Below are positions 38,614 through 48,976 of a DNA stretch of 64,000 nt, one piece after another. How positions within the stretch are numbered: the stretch's first letter is position 1; each line of letters begins with the position of its first letter. This DNA is from Candidatus Latescibacterota bacterium (GTDB lineage Bacteria > Latescibacterota > UBA2968 > UBA8231). The DNA lies in contig OZ241362.1 of NCBI GenBank assembly GCA_965200315.1, forward strand, positions 4,160,001 through 4,224,000. Direction: 5' to 3'. The position numbers and the translations under genes were made by a program. The notes under the pieces are model-generated. The model was not told where the DNA came from, searched no databases, and saw only the letters and a list, made by a program, of their open reading frames with translations.

Positions 38614-39324
38614 TTATCCAGGTGGTGGGAGTGCGCTTTGGCCGATGGTCTCGATGAAGACTCCGCCGACTATCCAGACTAGCCACAAAAGCCCAAGTGA
38701 GAGGGTTGCTTTCCGCACGGGCGCGTCGGCCAGCGCGTTTAATCCAACGCCCATGATCCCAATCTGCCACAGGTCAAAGGGGTTGAGGGCCGTAAGGATC
38801 CGGCCGCCAAACGTGGCCGCGGCCTCCTCGGACAAAAAGGGCCCCAGCCCCAGATGGGCCCCGATGTCGCCGGTTGCCAGCACCAGCACCACGCGCACCA
38901 CCCACTCGACGGCCACCACCAACAGCGCATACGCTTTGACTACCAGCATTTGCCGGTAGCTGACCTCGGCTTGGAAAACGGAGCGCGCCAGCATCAAAAG
39001 CACGCCCCCGACTACGACCAGTGAAAAAAAAAGCCCTACCGGGACCACCAGCCAGCCATGCGCTTGGAGTGCCTCTGCTTGCTGCCGCTCGGCCTCGTCC
39101 AAGCCCTCTAGCTGCTCTTGGCTGGCTGGTGGTCCTACGTCGAGGGTCAAGTTATAGCAGCTAACCCCCACCGCACAAACCAAGAGGACTGGCAGCAACC
39201 AGTCGTGGGCGCTCTCTTGGCCGCGCACCGCGGCAAAAGCCGTACTCGGTGCGTAAAATACGCGCTGTATCCGCGCGAAAAGGCTTAGGTCTTCGGTGGC
39301 AAACCCCGGTCCGGTTGCGCTCAT
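38614..39324 (-). CDS. Yip1 domain membrane protein
   Basis: VFYAPSTAF, five hydrophobic segments, LNPFDLW. Confidence 0.75.
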   Translation of the reverse strand: MSATGPGFATEDLSLFARIQRVFYAPSTAFAAVRGQESAHDWLLPVLLVCAVGVSCYNLTLDVGPPASQEQLEGLDEAERQQAEALQAHGWLVVPVGLFFSLVVVGGVLLMLARSVFQAEVSYRQMLVVKAYALLVVAVEWVVRVVLVLATGDIGAHLGLGPFLSEEAAATFGGRILTALNPFDLWQIGIMGVGLNALADAPVRKATLSLGLLWLVWIVGGVFIETIGQSALPPPG

Positions 39325-39594
39325 GGGCCGTTTATCTCCATTAGTGCGTAGTGCGATGTGGATGGACGGGATAAACGGGATGGAGGCCGTCTATCCCTTT
39401 GAATTCCTTTAATATAGAGGCCGCAGTGCCAATGCCAAACAAAGGAGTGGAGTAGTAGGGGGGGTGGACGGCTCAGCGGCCGGCGAATTAGTTGCTTGTG
39501 CTGCGGCTGAGATTGACTATATTTAGCCAATCGCTTGTCTCTGCAATAGTTGTAGGGGCGTTTATGGACCACGTTGGCAGTCGTTCGGATCCGC

Positions 39595-39660
39595 GTAGAT
39601 TCCTACCCCCGGGCCTGATGTAGTTTTCCTACCGAAAAGCCTGACGCAGTAGATTCCTAC
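39595..39660 (+). repeat. three GTAG-(A/TT)TTC-CTAC mini-hairpin repeats upstream of cspA
   Basis: GTAGATTCCTAC at 39595, GTAGTTTTCCTAC at 39620, GTAGATTCCTAC at 39649. Confidence 0.7.
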
Positions 39661-39713
39661 TCAAAGCTATTCGCACGTTCTGCTATAACCGCACATTGCA
39701 AAGGATTTTACCC

Positions 39714-39923
39714 ATGGCAGATCGCGAGAAGGGAACCGTAAAGTGGTTCAACGACGCGAAAGGCTTCGGATTTATTGAGCGCGAGAACGGCGAAGATGTT
39801 TTCGTCCACCACAGCGCGATCCGGGCCGAGGGTTTCCGCACCTTGTCCGACGGGCAGCAGGTGGAATTTGAAGTCGTTCAGGGCAAGAAAGGCCCGGCGG
39901 CTGAGGGCGTCGTAGCACTTTAG
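39714..39923 (+). CDS. cspA: cold-shock protein
   Basis: [15 protein letters not shown] and DVFVHHSAI (RNP1/RNP2). Confidence 0.95.
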   Translation: MADREKGTVKWFNDAKGFGFIERENGEDVFVHHSAIRAEGFRTLSDGQQVEFEVVQGKKGPAAEGVVAL

Positions 39924-39943
39924 GCTTTACCCTTATATAGTGC

Positions 39944-39978
39944 AAAAGGGGGTGATGTACACTGCATCACCCCCTTTT
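39944..39978 (+). terminator. intrinsic terminator after cspA
   Basis: AAAAGGGGGTGATG / CATCACCCCCTTTT stem. Confidence 0.85.
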
Positions 39979-39995
39979 ATATTTATGGAGTTTAG

Positions 39996-40262
39996 ATGAA
40001 GATTCGCATCGATAATCTATCTGCTGACACCACTGAAGACGACCTCCGTACGCTGTTTGAGTTGTTCGGGGCCGTCGCCGCTGCCACCATTGATCCGCGC
40101 CGCCGCTGGGGCCAAATCGACATGCCCAGCAAGGCCGCGGCCCGCGAGGCCATCGACATGCTCAACGGGCAAAATCTCAAGGGCTTGGACATGGTCGTCG
40201 AGGAAATGACCGACCGGCCTACGCGCCCGCGCAGCAGGTCCCGCAGAGGCCGACGGCGTTAG
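39996..40262 (+). CDS. RRM RNA-binding protein
   Basis: MKIRIDNLS...LRTLFELFG...AIDMLNG, with an Arg-rich tail. Confidence 0.85.
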   Translation: MKIRIDNLSADTTEDDLRTLFELFGAVAAATIDPRRRWGQIDMPSKAAAREAIDMLNGQNLKGLDMVVEEMTDRPTRPRSRSRRGRRR

Positions 40263-40266
40263 CCCC

Positions 40267-40996
40267 TTACTCGTACCACTGAGCTTGTAGGCTGAACAAG
40301 CGGCTGTACTCGCCGCCTTGCCGCATCAATGCCTCGTGAGTCCCTTGCTCAATGATCTGTCCGTTTTTGACTCGGTCAGCAACTCGCGGAAATAGGAGGT
40401 CTCGCGGTATTGCGGCGTGCGCTCGCGATAGACGTAGTGAGTCTTCTTGCTGATCCACATCATCACCCACACCCCTGGGACAGAGCCGATCAAGGTCAGC
40501 GGACCCAAGGCCCAATATCCGGTCAGCAGCACGCCTAAAACTGCGGCCATCCCCCCAAGGTGCCGACCGTGTCTAGCGCCACGTTGAGCAGGCTGAGGAG
40601 CCGGCCGCTCAGGTCTTCGTTGGCCCGCTTGAGCGCGTCGTAGAACGCGGGATGCTCGAAGTGGACTAACTCGACCTTCTGCACCTTGTCCACTACTTGC
40701 CGCTGTAAGCGCACGCTGACTCTGTCTTGGACATCCGTCTGCAAGACCGCCCGCACCATATCGAGCAGTACATGGGTGAAGAGCGTGGCGAAAAAGCCGC
40801 CGACCCAGGGCAGGGTCTGTAGAAAAGCTGCTCGACCACCGCCCAGCGCGGCGGCGAGCTGATCGACGATCCGCCCGGTGAGCCACAGATCCGCGGCCGG
40901 CAGCAGCGAGCCGATTAGCACGATGATGGCCAGCCCACCCGTTCCCCAAGGATGGACGCGGAGCACCTCCTTGAGGAGTGTGGGCAAGAGGCGCAT
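40267..40996 (-). pseudogene. decayed ABC transporter ATP-binding/permease
   Basis: TM-domain N-terminus (FEHPAFYD) with a frameshift near 40545, joined to the extreme C-terminus EQGTHEALM...YSRLFSLQAQWYE; NBD missing. Confidence 0.8.
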
Positions 40997-41001
40997 CGCG
41001 C

Positions 41002-42059
41002 TCAGTCGCTTCGCGGTGTCTCTTGTTGGTACCATTGTGCTTGCAGGGAAAACATGCGTGCGTATTCCCCCCGGCGCTCTATCAGCTCGGTGTGCGTCCC
41101 CTCCGCCAGTACCAGGCCCTCGCTCAGGACCAAGATTCGGTCGGCCACCCGCGCCGAGGCCATGCGGTGCGAGACAAAAACGGCGGACTTGCCCTCGCTC
41201 AGGGCCCAAAATTGGCGAAAGACCTCCAGCTCGGCGCGCGGGTCGAGGGCCGCGGTCGGCTCGTCGAATACGAGGACTTGGGAGTCGCGGAAGTACGCAC
41301 GTGACAGGGCCAGCTTTTGCCACTGGCCGCGCGATAAATCCTGCCCGCCCTCAAAGTAGCGGCCCAGCGTGGTGTCGTAGCGCTCGGCTAGGGATTCGAT
41401 CAGCAGGGCGCTGCCGCCCGCGGTTGCGGCCCGCTCTACCCGGATTTGGTTGGCGAGGGCTTCGGCCTGACCATAGCCGATGTTTTCGCGTGCGGTGCGC
41501 TGGTATTGCACGAAGTCTTGGAAAATTGCCGCGCACCGCTGTCGCAAGACTTGCGGGTCGATTTCGCGGCCATCCACTCCATTGTAGAGGACGCGCCCCG
41601 CGCTGGGCTGGTACAGCCCTAAAAGCAGCTTGATTAGGGTTGTCTTGCCGGCCCCGTTTTCGCCCACCAGCGCGAGTTTTTCCCCCGGCCTAAGCCGCAG
41701 ATTGACCCCGCTGAGCACGGGCGGCCCGTCGCCATAGGCAAACTCCGCGTCTTCAATCGCTACGTCCAGCGGTGCGCTCGGCAGGACTGTTTGGCCCTTC
41801 GGCTCGGGGGCGATTCGACGAAGTCGCGCAAGTCGCGGATGTGGAGCGTTTGCTCAAAGACATCGCCCATCTGGCGCAGCAGTTGGAAGAGCGTGTTTTG
41901 GAAGCGCGTGATGGCCTCGGCAAGGGCGAAAGAGCCCCCCAAGGTCAGGGTGCCATAGGTGGCTTGGTAGAGCAAGATGACCAGCGATAAGAGGGCCGAA
42001 ATGATACCGCTCAGCCGCCCGCCAAATATATAGCGCTGCTGGCGGAGCGTTTGCGCCAC
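41002..42059 (-). pseudogene. decayed ABC transporter (NBD intact, TM domain mostly lost)
   Basis: GENGAGKT, LSRGQWQK and DEPT motifs; upstream TM fragment lies in another frame. Confidence 0.8.
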
Positions 42060-42148
42060 CGCCTCACCACCCCGCGTCTGCTAAGTGCGGCAGTTTTCTT
42101 TTTTTTTTACTCTTCTAAGTTAAAGCACACCACCCCGAGGCTCCGCTC

Positions 42149-44704
42149 ATGCACAATGTAGCGCTCGATTTGCTCATCTTGCTCGCCGGGATTTGGCTAG
42201 TGGCCGTTACTTTGCGGCCGCTGGGCTTGCCGACGGTAATGGGCGAATTGATCGTCGGAGTCTTGGTGGGGCCGGCGGTTTTTGGTTGGATTGAGCCAGA
42301 CGAGGCCATTCAGTTGTTGGCCGAGATCGGCATCTTCTTTCTGATGTTCCACGCCGGGGTGGAGACCCAACCCAACGAGTTTTTCGCCGCGCTCAAGCGC
42401 TCGCTGGGGGTAGCGATTGCAGGGGCCGCAGTGCCTTTTGCCGTCAGCTTTGCGGTTGCCCAATTCTTCGGGCTGGACTTGGTGGCCTCCGTCTTTGTGG
42501 GGCTTATCATCGGAACCGCTACCGCAGTCGTAATCACCCTCAAAAGCCTCAAGGACTTGGGGCTGACCGATACCCGCATTGCGCGGATTATCGTTGCTAG
42601 CTGCGTCATCAACGACCTTTTGACCTTGATCTTTTTTAGCCTAGTAACCGGCGCGCTCTCCGGCGGCACCTTTGCCCCCTTGGACTTGGTAATTAACCTG
42701 GGCAAAGTAGTAGGTTTTTTTGCGGTCGCGCTGCTTTTGGGCACCTTTGTCTATCCCCGGCTCACCCTGCCCTTCCGCGCCGAAGGCGGCAAGGGCTTCA
42801 CCTTTGTGCTGCTGGCCGCCATTGCCGCCGGTCTTTTTGCCGAGGCCATTGGGCTGCACATGATCTTGGGTGCCTACTTGGCGGGCCTTTTCTTTGAGGA
42901 GCGCGTCGCCCACCCCAACTTGGTCAAAGTGGTAAACGACCGTGCGTACGGCATTGCCTATTCGTTCTTAGGGCCGATCTTCTTCATCTCGCTGGGCTTT
43001 TCCATTTCGTTTGACATTAGCGCGTCGGGGGTGGCGTTTATCGCGCTCTTGGCGGTGACGGTCATCTCCGGTCAGGTGCTCAGCGCCGGTAGCATGGCGC
43101 GGCGCATCGGCATGTCTTGGCGCGAGGCACTGACGGTGGGAGTGGGCATGTGCGGCCGCGCCGAGATGGCGTTTATCTTGGCCGCCCTAGCTTTGGCCCA
43201 AGGGGTCATCGATCAGGCCACCTTTAGCATTTTGATCTTTACCGCATTCCTGTTAAACCTTTTCACGCCACTGGCGCTCAAGGGCTGCGCCGTCCTCCTA
43301 GAAGGCCGGGTGGCGCATGGGGGAGACACCAACCTTGGGGTGTTTCAGATCGACAAGTTCAATACTCCACTCGTCGATAAAAACCTAGCCGACCGCGCCC
43401 TGCCTGCCGTGGAGGACGCCGTGGTCATCTATGGATACGGGCCAGAGGTCGAGACCCTAATAGAAGAGCTTTCCAGCCGACATCTGCCGCTGGTGGTGAT
43501 CGAAGAGGACGAGGCGACCGCACGGCAGCTTCAGACAAGCCCTGATGTGCGGGTCGTGCATGCACACCTAGCGGCGGAGACGCTGGACCTGCGGCCATTG
43601 ACCAAGGCCAAGGCGCTGGTGGCCAACGGCTCAGACGACGACAACGCCCTGTTTGCGCTCAGCGCCCGCGAGGCCGGTTTTGCCGGTCCAATCGTGGCGA
43701 TGATCGAACACCCCCAGCGCCGCGGCCCCATGCTGCTGGCGGGCGCAACCGCGGCCTTTACCCCCAACCACGTCCTTGCGGCGGCGATCGCCGTCCGCGC
43801 TAGCGCAAAGATCGGGCCGCGGGTGGCGGGGGTAGAGCCGCTCGACTCGCTGCTCGAAGTGGCCGAACTGCGCGTTCACGACCAAAGCTCGCTCGCCAAC
43901 CGCACCTTGGCCGAGACCGAGTTGTACACTCAGACTGGTGCCCACATCGTCGGGCAGTGGGCAGACGATGCGCTCGGCTCGCCACCGACCGCCGCGGAAA
44001 AGCTACAGCCCGGAGCCATTCTGGTGGCGGTCGGTACGCCCGAGAGCATTCACAGGTTAAACGACATGGCCCGGCCTATTACCCAGCAGGGGCCGATTGT
44101 GGTGATTGGCTTTGCCGATGTCGGGCAAAAGCTGGTCGAGATTCTCCGGGCTGCGGGCGAGGAAGTGCGGGTTATCAATGCGGTTGAAAGCACGGGAGTC
44201 GATGTGGTCGGCGACGTGCTCGACGTACGCGTCTTGGACCGCGCTGCCATTGCCGAGGCGCGGGTCGTCATCCTCGCCCTCGACAGCGACGGGGCCGCCC
44301 TGTTTGCCGCGGCGGTGGTGCGCGATCACGTTCCAGAGATCCCCTTGTTGGCCTGCGTGTCCCACGTTGAAAACGCAGACCGGGTGCAGCGCGCTGGCAC
44401 TGATTTTGCGCTCTCGGTCAGCCAGGTCGCTGGCCAGTTGTTGGTCCACCATGTCCTCGGAGAGATGGTTTCACACAAGCCTCGGATCAAGATGGTCAAG
44501 CTGCGGCCCGGCCCCCTCGCCGGACGCCATCCCCTCGCCGCGCACATCCGCGAGCGCACGGGCTGCTCGGTGGTGGCGGTTGAGCGGGCCGGCGATGTGA
44601 TCATGGAGATCCCGGCTTCGTTGGTGCTCGAGCCAGAAGACGCGCTCTATATCTGCGGCACGCCCGCAGCTTTTGATCGCTACTACGAGGAATTTCCGAC
44701 TTAG
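42149..44704 (+). CDS. CPA2 cation:proton antiporter with tandem TrkA_N/TrkA_C (RCK) domains
   Basis: GELIVGVLVGP and GMCGRAEMA membrane motifs; IYGYG and VIGFADVG RCK_N; two RCK_C repeats. Confidence 0.88.
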   Translation: MHNVALDLLILLAGIWLVAVTLRPLGLPTVMGELIVGVLVGPAVFGWIEPDEAIQLLAEIGIFFLMFHAGVETQPNEFFAALKRSLGVAIAGAAVPFAVSFAVAQFFGLDLVASVFVGLIIGTATAVVITLKSLKDLGLTDTRIARIIVASCVINDLLTLIFFSLVTGALSGGTFAPLDLVINLGKVVGFFAVALLLGTFVYPRLTLPFRAEGGKGFTFVLLAAIAAGLFAEAIGLHMILGAYLAGLFFEERVAHPNLVKVVNDRAYGIAYSFLGPIFFISLGFSISFDISASGVAFIALLAVTVISGQVLSAGSMARRIGMSWREALTVGVGMCGRAEMAFILAALALAQGVIDQATFSILIFTAFLLNLFTPLALKGCAVLLEGRVAHGGDTNLGVFQIDKFNTPLVDKNLADRALPAVEDAVVIYGYGPEVETLIEELSSRHLPLVVIEEDEATARQLQTSPDVRVVHAHLAAETLDLRPLTKAKALVANGSDDDNALFALSAREAGFAGPIVAMIEHPQRRGPMLLAGATAAFTPNHVLAAAIAVRASAKIGPRVAGVEPLDSLLEVAELRVHDQSSLANRTLAETELYTQTGAHIVGQWADDALGSPPTAAEKLQPGAILVAVGTPESIHRLNDMARPITQQGPIVVIGFADVGQKLVEILRAAGEEVRVINAVESTGVDVVGDVLDVRVLDRAAIAEARVVILALDSDGAALFAAAVVRDHVPEIPLLACVSHVENADRVQRAGTDFALSVSQVAGQLLVHHVLGEMVSHKPRIKMVKLRPGPLAGRHPLAAHIRERTGCSVVAVERAGDVIMEIPASLVLEPEDALYICGTPAAFDRYYEEFPT

Positions 44705-45525
44705 CTATTGGGTGGATAGGCGCGGAACAAGTCTCGCTGCGCTTGTGTGAGGCGGGCGAATGTCTCTGGGGTGATGTGCTGCTTTTCATCCATGGTGGCG
44801 ATGTTTTGCGACATCATCCAATACGGCCCGTAGCCTACGTGCAGGGTCTTGCGCGTCTGCTCAGAGCGGTTGGTAAAACCGCCGTGGCGCAAGTTCTCGG
44901 TGAAGAGAATCGCGTCTCCGGCCTCGACCTCTAGGCCGATCATGTCGGGGTCTTGGTCCGGGTCGTTGCTGTGGGGCGAGGGCAGGTTGGTCTTGTGAGT
45001 GCCCGGCACCACGCAAAAGGCCCCCTGCTCGTTGGTGCAATCGTGGATGAAATAGACCATCCGCACCATCATGCAGTCGATGCCGTGGTCTGTGTAGCTG
45101 TAGCGGTACTTTTGGCTGGCTGAAGCGGTGCCGCCGTGGCAGCCGGTGGCGTTGCCACGGTAGCGGATGCGAATCTCGGAGTTGTTGATCGTCGGCCGCT
45201 GTTTGACGATGCCGTGGACGTAGCTCATCGTCGGCTGGTGATCGAGCAAAACGTCGAAGGCCGGGTTGGCGTTCCAGTAGTCTTCGATGATGAGGGTCTT
45301 GCCCTCGGCCCGCTCGCCGTTGGCGTGGTAGCCGCGCTCGGGATTGGCGTGGTAGTTAGCCCCCCAGCCGCTTTGCTTGCGCGGTGGCTGCGCGACATGC
45401 GCGAGCGCGTGTTCTTCCAGCTCATCAACGGCCGCGACCAGCGCGGCCACTTGGCTCTCGTTCAGCAGCTTGTCAATGACGATGTAGCCTTGGCGGTCGA
45501 ATTCAAAGGTTTCGATTTCGTTCAC
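44701..45525 (-). CDS. PhyH family dioxygenase
   Basis: FDRQGY, FCVVPGTHK and AGDAILFTENLRHG motifs. Confidence 0.88.
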   Translation of the reverse strand: MNEIETFEFDRQGYIVIDKLLNESQVAALVAAVDELEEHALAHVAQPPRKQSGWGANYHANPERGYHANGERAEGKTLIIEDYWNANPAFDVLLDHQPTMSYVHGIVKQRPTINNSEIRIRYRGNATGCHGGTASASQKYRYSYTDHGIDCMMVRMVYFIHDCTNEQGAFCVVPGTHKTNLPSPHSNDPDQDPDMIGLEVEAGDAILFTENLRHGGFTNRSEQTRKTLHVGYGPYWMMSQNIATMDEKQHITPETFARLTQAQRDLFRAYPPNS

Positions 45526-45566
45526 GAGGTTCTCCTAATCGTGCAGTTGAATGAAGGCGGTCGCTG

Positions 45567-46370
45567 TCAAAGCGCGAGCCGCCTGACTAGGTTGCCGCCT
45601 TTGACCAGCGCGCGCTCGGCCGCCCCGTAGCTCGCTAAATGTGCATCGACAATCGCCGGCGTACCGCTGCCCCAGACCATGCGCTGCGGCCCAAAGGCTT
45701 CGATCACGCGCCGCGTAAAGGGCTGGGCACTTTTGTACAGCGGTGCGTCGTGGGCGAAATGGCCGAGGCCAGACAGCTTCATATAGACCTCGGCGTCCGC
45801 ACGGCTCAGCTCCAGTATGTCGGCATATTCGACCGCACTGCCCAGATGCGGTTCGGCCAAGTGGTCGATCAGCGCCACCGTCTGGGGCATGTCGCGCAGC
45901 ACCTCGGCGACTTGGGCACCGTAATTAGGACCGATGTGCAATTCGACGATCAAGCCCAGCTCCACCGCCTTTTCCCACAGGGCGCGCACGCCTTTGTCGT
46001 TGAAGCTGTCGAGATACAGCTCCTTGCCGCGGTGGGCGTGAAAGCGCGTGGCGATGATCTTGGGCTCGCGAGCAACCAAATCGGCCAACTTCCGGGGCGC
46101 GTCTGGGTCTTGGGGATAAAACAGCGATGTGCCCCGCAGCCGCTCTGGCTCGCGCTTTAGACATTCGAGTATCAGCCGGTGGTCGTCTCCATACGGCTCG
46201 GGATGGACGACGACGGCCCGGTCGATCCCCGCATCGGCCATGCGCTGCAAATAGGCCGCCAATGGGTCTGGGGGATGCGCGGAAACATCCGGCCGGTAGG
46301 CCGCCTTGGGATGCAAGGGATAGCGCTGGGTATCGGGGCTAAAAATGTGGGCGTTCCACTCGACGATCAT
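45567..46370 (-). CDS. amidohydrolase family protein
   Basis: WNAHIF, IDHLAEP, MKLSG and RMVWGS motifs. Confidence 0.85.
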   Translation of the reverse strand: MIVEWNAHIFSPDTQRYPLHPKAAYRPDVSAHPPDPLAAYLQRMADAGIDRAVVVHPEPYGDDHRLILECLKREPERLRGTSLFYPQDPDAPRKLADLVAREPKIIATRFHAHRGKELYLDSFNDKGVRALWEKAVELGLIVELHIGPNYGAQVAEVLRDMPQTVALIDHLAEPHLGSAVEYADILELSRADAEVYMKLSGLGHFAHDAPLYKSAQPFTRRVIEAFGPQRMVWGSGTPAIVDAHLASYGAAERALVKGGNLVRRLAL

Positions 46371-46442
46371 CGGGCCGTCTCCTCGTGCAGAGCAACTGTA
46401 TCACGCCCATCCGCGGCTGTCAAACGGCTCTGCCGCAGCACC

Positions 46443-46471
46443 TTGACAATACAGGTTAGGGATTCTATTTT
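46443..46471 (+). promoter_or_regulatory. sigma70 promoter of the tRNA
   Basis: TTGACA, 17-nt spacer, TATTTT, 24 nt before the tRNA. Confidence 0.6.
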
Positions 46472-46495
46472 TTGAAGCCGTTAAATTAAAAAATT

Positions 46496-46571
46496 GGCCC
46501 GTTCGTCTAGAGGCCTAGGACGCCGGCCTCTCACGCCGGTAACACGGGTTCAAATCCCGTACGGGCTACCA
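46496..46571 (+). tRNA. tRNA-Glu (anticodon CTC)
   Basis: GGCCCGT/ACGGGCT acceptor stem, CCGGC-CTCTCAC-GCCGG anticodon arm, GGTTCAAATCC T arm, encoded CCA. Confidence 0.97.
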
Positions 46572-46576
46572 ATTAT

Positions 46577-46615
46577 AAACCCCAGGTTGGCTACGCTGAC
46601 TTGGGGTTTTCTTTT
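46577..46615 (+). terminator. terminator after the tRNA
   Basis: AAACCCCAGGT / ACTTGGGGTTT stem followed by a T-rich tract. Confidence 0.75.
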
Positions 46616-46834
46616 GGCCAATCCGCCTTGTCTGATTCTATTCTAGCTCAGCATCCGCCTTTGATTTCGGTCCTAGGCTGCGCCCCGTCGCCGGCGGTGG
46701 CGTAGCCGTCGCGCTTCCACCTTTTGAGGCTTAACAATCGAAACGCACCGCGCCCGTTTTCCTCTGTCAAAACGCCTTGACAAGGTTGGTCGGGGGCCTG
46801 CATAGCGGCAGCCCCACTCATTGCGACCTAAAAG

Positions 46835-48259
46835 CTACGAACACCAGTAGGCGTACAGGCGGGCGTTATTCAGTGCGAAACGCAGGCGCACCGGCTGTTC
46901 TCGCAACTCGTGCAGAGCCCGGCCGTTGCGCCAGCGCACGGGCACGGCGACGCCGTCCTCGGCGATGGCGACGCCGTCTTGGGCTGTATAGCCGGGAATG
47001 GGCTGCCCTTCCGCGTCGAGCAATTCGACGGTTAGCTGCCCGTAATCCGCCTTGGCGTTGACTTGCAATTCGTCCCCAGCCAGCGCAAAGGCCCGAGTCG
47101 TTATCTGCCCGCCGTCAAAACTGGCGTTGAGCGACGCGAAACCGTCGAGGCGCAGCATGGCCAAGCCAATGCCCATCGTCCCCACATCCTGATCGGCCGC
47201 AATCGGCGGGTCGAATTCGCACGGAATCTTGGCGTGCCGCCGCGCTGTGCCGCGGTAGTAGATATAGAGCTTGTCGCCCACGGGAATCGGCGGCGCACCG
47301 CTGAGCATTAGCTGGAACCGGTCCCACTCGCCCACCGCGCCCAAACCTACCAGGGGCTCGCCCGGCACCCGCTGCCAGCGCTCCCCATCGCGGCTGCACA
47401 AAAGCCGCAGGACTTGGGTTTGTTGCCGCGGGCGTTTGTCGAAGTGGGTCAGGATGCCCAAGTAGTGAGCTCCGTAGTTGAAGCCCGTGTTGTTGTAGAG
47501 CGCCTCTTCTTCGTGGAGCGGCGCTAGGAAAGGCCGCGGCGGAGACCAGTGGACGAAGTCCGCGCTCGTGCTCATCAGCCGCTCGGGCACACCGCGCAAA
47601 AAGGCCACGTAGCGCCGGCGCTCGGTATCTGCCATGAGCGACTGGGCATCGCCGACCGGCCCCAAGTCGCCGGTGCCGGGCCGCGGATGAAAGCGAAAAA
47701 GCGGGGCCGGCGAATGCGACCAGTGGAGCCCGTCCGGCGAAGTGGCACTGTAGATGCCCGAGCGCGGGCCGTCCCAGTCGTAGCTCGACCAGCCGATAGC
47801 CTTGTAGCGGCGGGTGGGATCCGGGTCGAGTGAGTCCTTGAGCATGGTCTCCCAGTGATCCTGCCCTTCGTGGTGGGTCGCGGGGATGACGATGTTGTTG
47901 TCCTTAGAGCCGAGGGCTTCGTGGATCCCGAGCGCGGGCCGCTCCCAGTGGATCCCGTCCGGCGACAGCGCGAGGCATTGCACGTGTTCGCACCATACCG
48001 CATAGTGCCCGGCCATGTACCACGCCTTGAAAATTTGTTCCTCGGCGTCGAAAATCACCGCCGCAGTCATGCCGCTGTGCTGTTCCCACGGCGCTTCCTG
48101 CTTGAGCACGGGATGTGTGCCGTACTTCTCCGCTTGGTGGAAGACTCGCGCCACGTTTTCTTGGCGCTCAATGTCGTCCATATCCACGAAGAGGCGTTTG
48201 CGGTGGTCGAGTGGGGGGCAGTTCACGGGCCTAGGTCCGCATCCCCGACTGCGATTCAA
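46835..48259 (-). CDS. beta-propeller glycoside hydrolase-like protein (GH32/43/130-like)
   Basis: Asp-box repeats SPDGIHW, SPDGLHW, SADFVHW and SRDGERW; LRLDGF motif. Confidence 0.7.
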   Translation of the reverse strand: MNRSRGCGPRPVNCPPLDHRKRLFVDMDDIERQENVARVFHQAEKYGTHPVLKQEAPWEQHSGMTAAVIFDAEEQIFKAWYMAGHYAVWCEHVQCLALSPDGIHWERPALGIHEALGSKDNNIVIPATHHEGQDHWETMLKDSLDPDPTRRYKAIGWSSYDWDGPRSGIYSATSPDGLHWSHSPAPLFRFHPRPGTGDLGPVGDAQSLMADTERRRYVAFLRGVPERLMSTSADFVHWSPPRPFLAPLHEEEALYNNTGFNYGAHYLGILTHFDKRPRQQTQVLRLLCSRDGERWQRVPGEPLVGLGAVGEWDRFQLMLSGAPPIPVGDKLYIYYRGTARRHAKIPCEFDPPIAADQDVGTMGIGLAMLRLDGFASLNASFDGGQITTRAFALAGDELQVNAKADYGQLTVELLDAEGQPIPGYTAQDGVAIAEDGVAVPVRWRNGRALHELREQPVRLRFALNNARLYAYWCS

Positions 48260-48965
48260 AGCTCAGCAGTCGTTTCAAGGTCGGCGTCGCCCGCGCCACG
48301 ACCTCGGGGCGCGCCAGCTTGAACTGGTCCTGCTGAGGCTTCACAAACGAGCGGCAGAAGAATCCCAACAGAATCATCCGATCCTGCTCGGTGTGATTGG
48401 CCCCGCTGCCGTGCCAAGTCGCGCCGTGGAAGACGACGATATCGCCCTTTTGGACGTCCAGTTGGATGACGTCGTCGTACTCTTTTGCTGGATCGGGCGG
48501 GCACCCGCGTTTGTAGCTGCCCGGCACGATCTGCGTGGCCCCGTTTTCCGGCGCGAAGTCGTCGAGTACGTAGATGGTATTGGCGCAGAGGGCGATGGAT
48601 GGCGGCGGCTGGGGAAAGCTACCCAGCGGAAAGTCGATGTGCAGGCGGCCCGCCGACGCACCTGGGCCGATGTGATTGACTGTGAAGCTGCTCAAGATGC
48701 AGTTGTCGCCGAGCAGGTACTCTTGGAGTGCCAAAACCTGCGGGAGCTGGATCATCTCCTCGTAAATGCGGCCCTTGTTGACGAGGTTCCACACGCGCTG
48801 GGCGCGGCCGTCGAGATAGACATGCTCTCCGCCGGCGGCCCGCTCCTGGGCAATCAGCGCGGCCGAGCGGTCTCGCAGAGCATTGGCTTGGGCCGGGGTC
48901 AATGCCCCTTTGAGCACGGCGTACCCGTATTCGTCGATATGGGCCTTGGCGTCGTCGATGGTCAT
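48231..48965 (-). CDS. PhyH family dioxygenase
   Basis: LHIDFP (HxD), ENGATQIVPGS and TWHG motifs. Confidence 0.9.
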   Translation of the reverse strand: MTIDDAKAHIDEYGYAVLKGALTPAQANALRDRSAALIAQERAAGGEHVYLDGRAQRVWNLVNKGRIYEEMIQLPQVLALQEYLLGDNCILSSFTVNHIGPGASAGRLHIDFPLGSFPQPPPSIALCANTIYVLDDFAPENGATQIVPGSYKRGCPPDPAKEYDDVIQLDVQKGDIVVFHGATWHGSGANHTEQDRMILLGFFCRSFVKPQQDQFKLARPEVVARATPTLKRLLSFESQSGMRT

Positions 48966-48976
48966 GACGGTCGCTG

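Noticed and set aside
46496-46834. tRNA-Glu as an integration site
   Set aside because: No integrase and no duplicate of the tRNA 3' end seen in the window.
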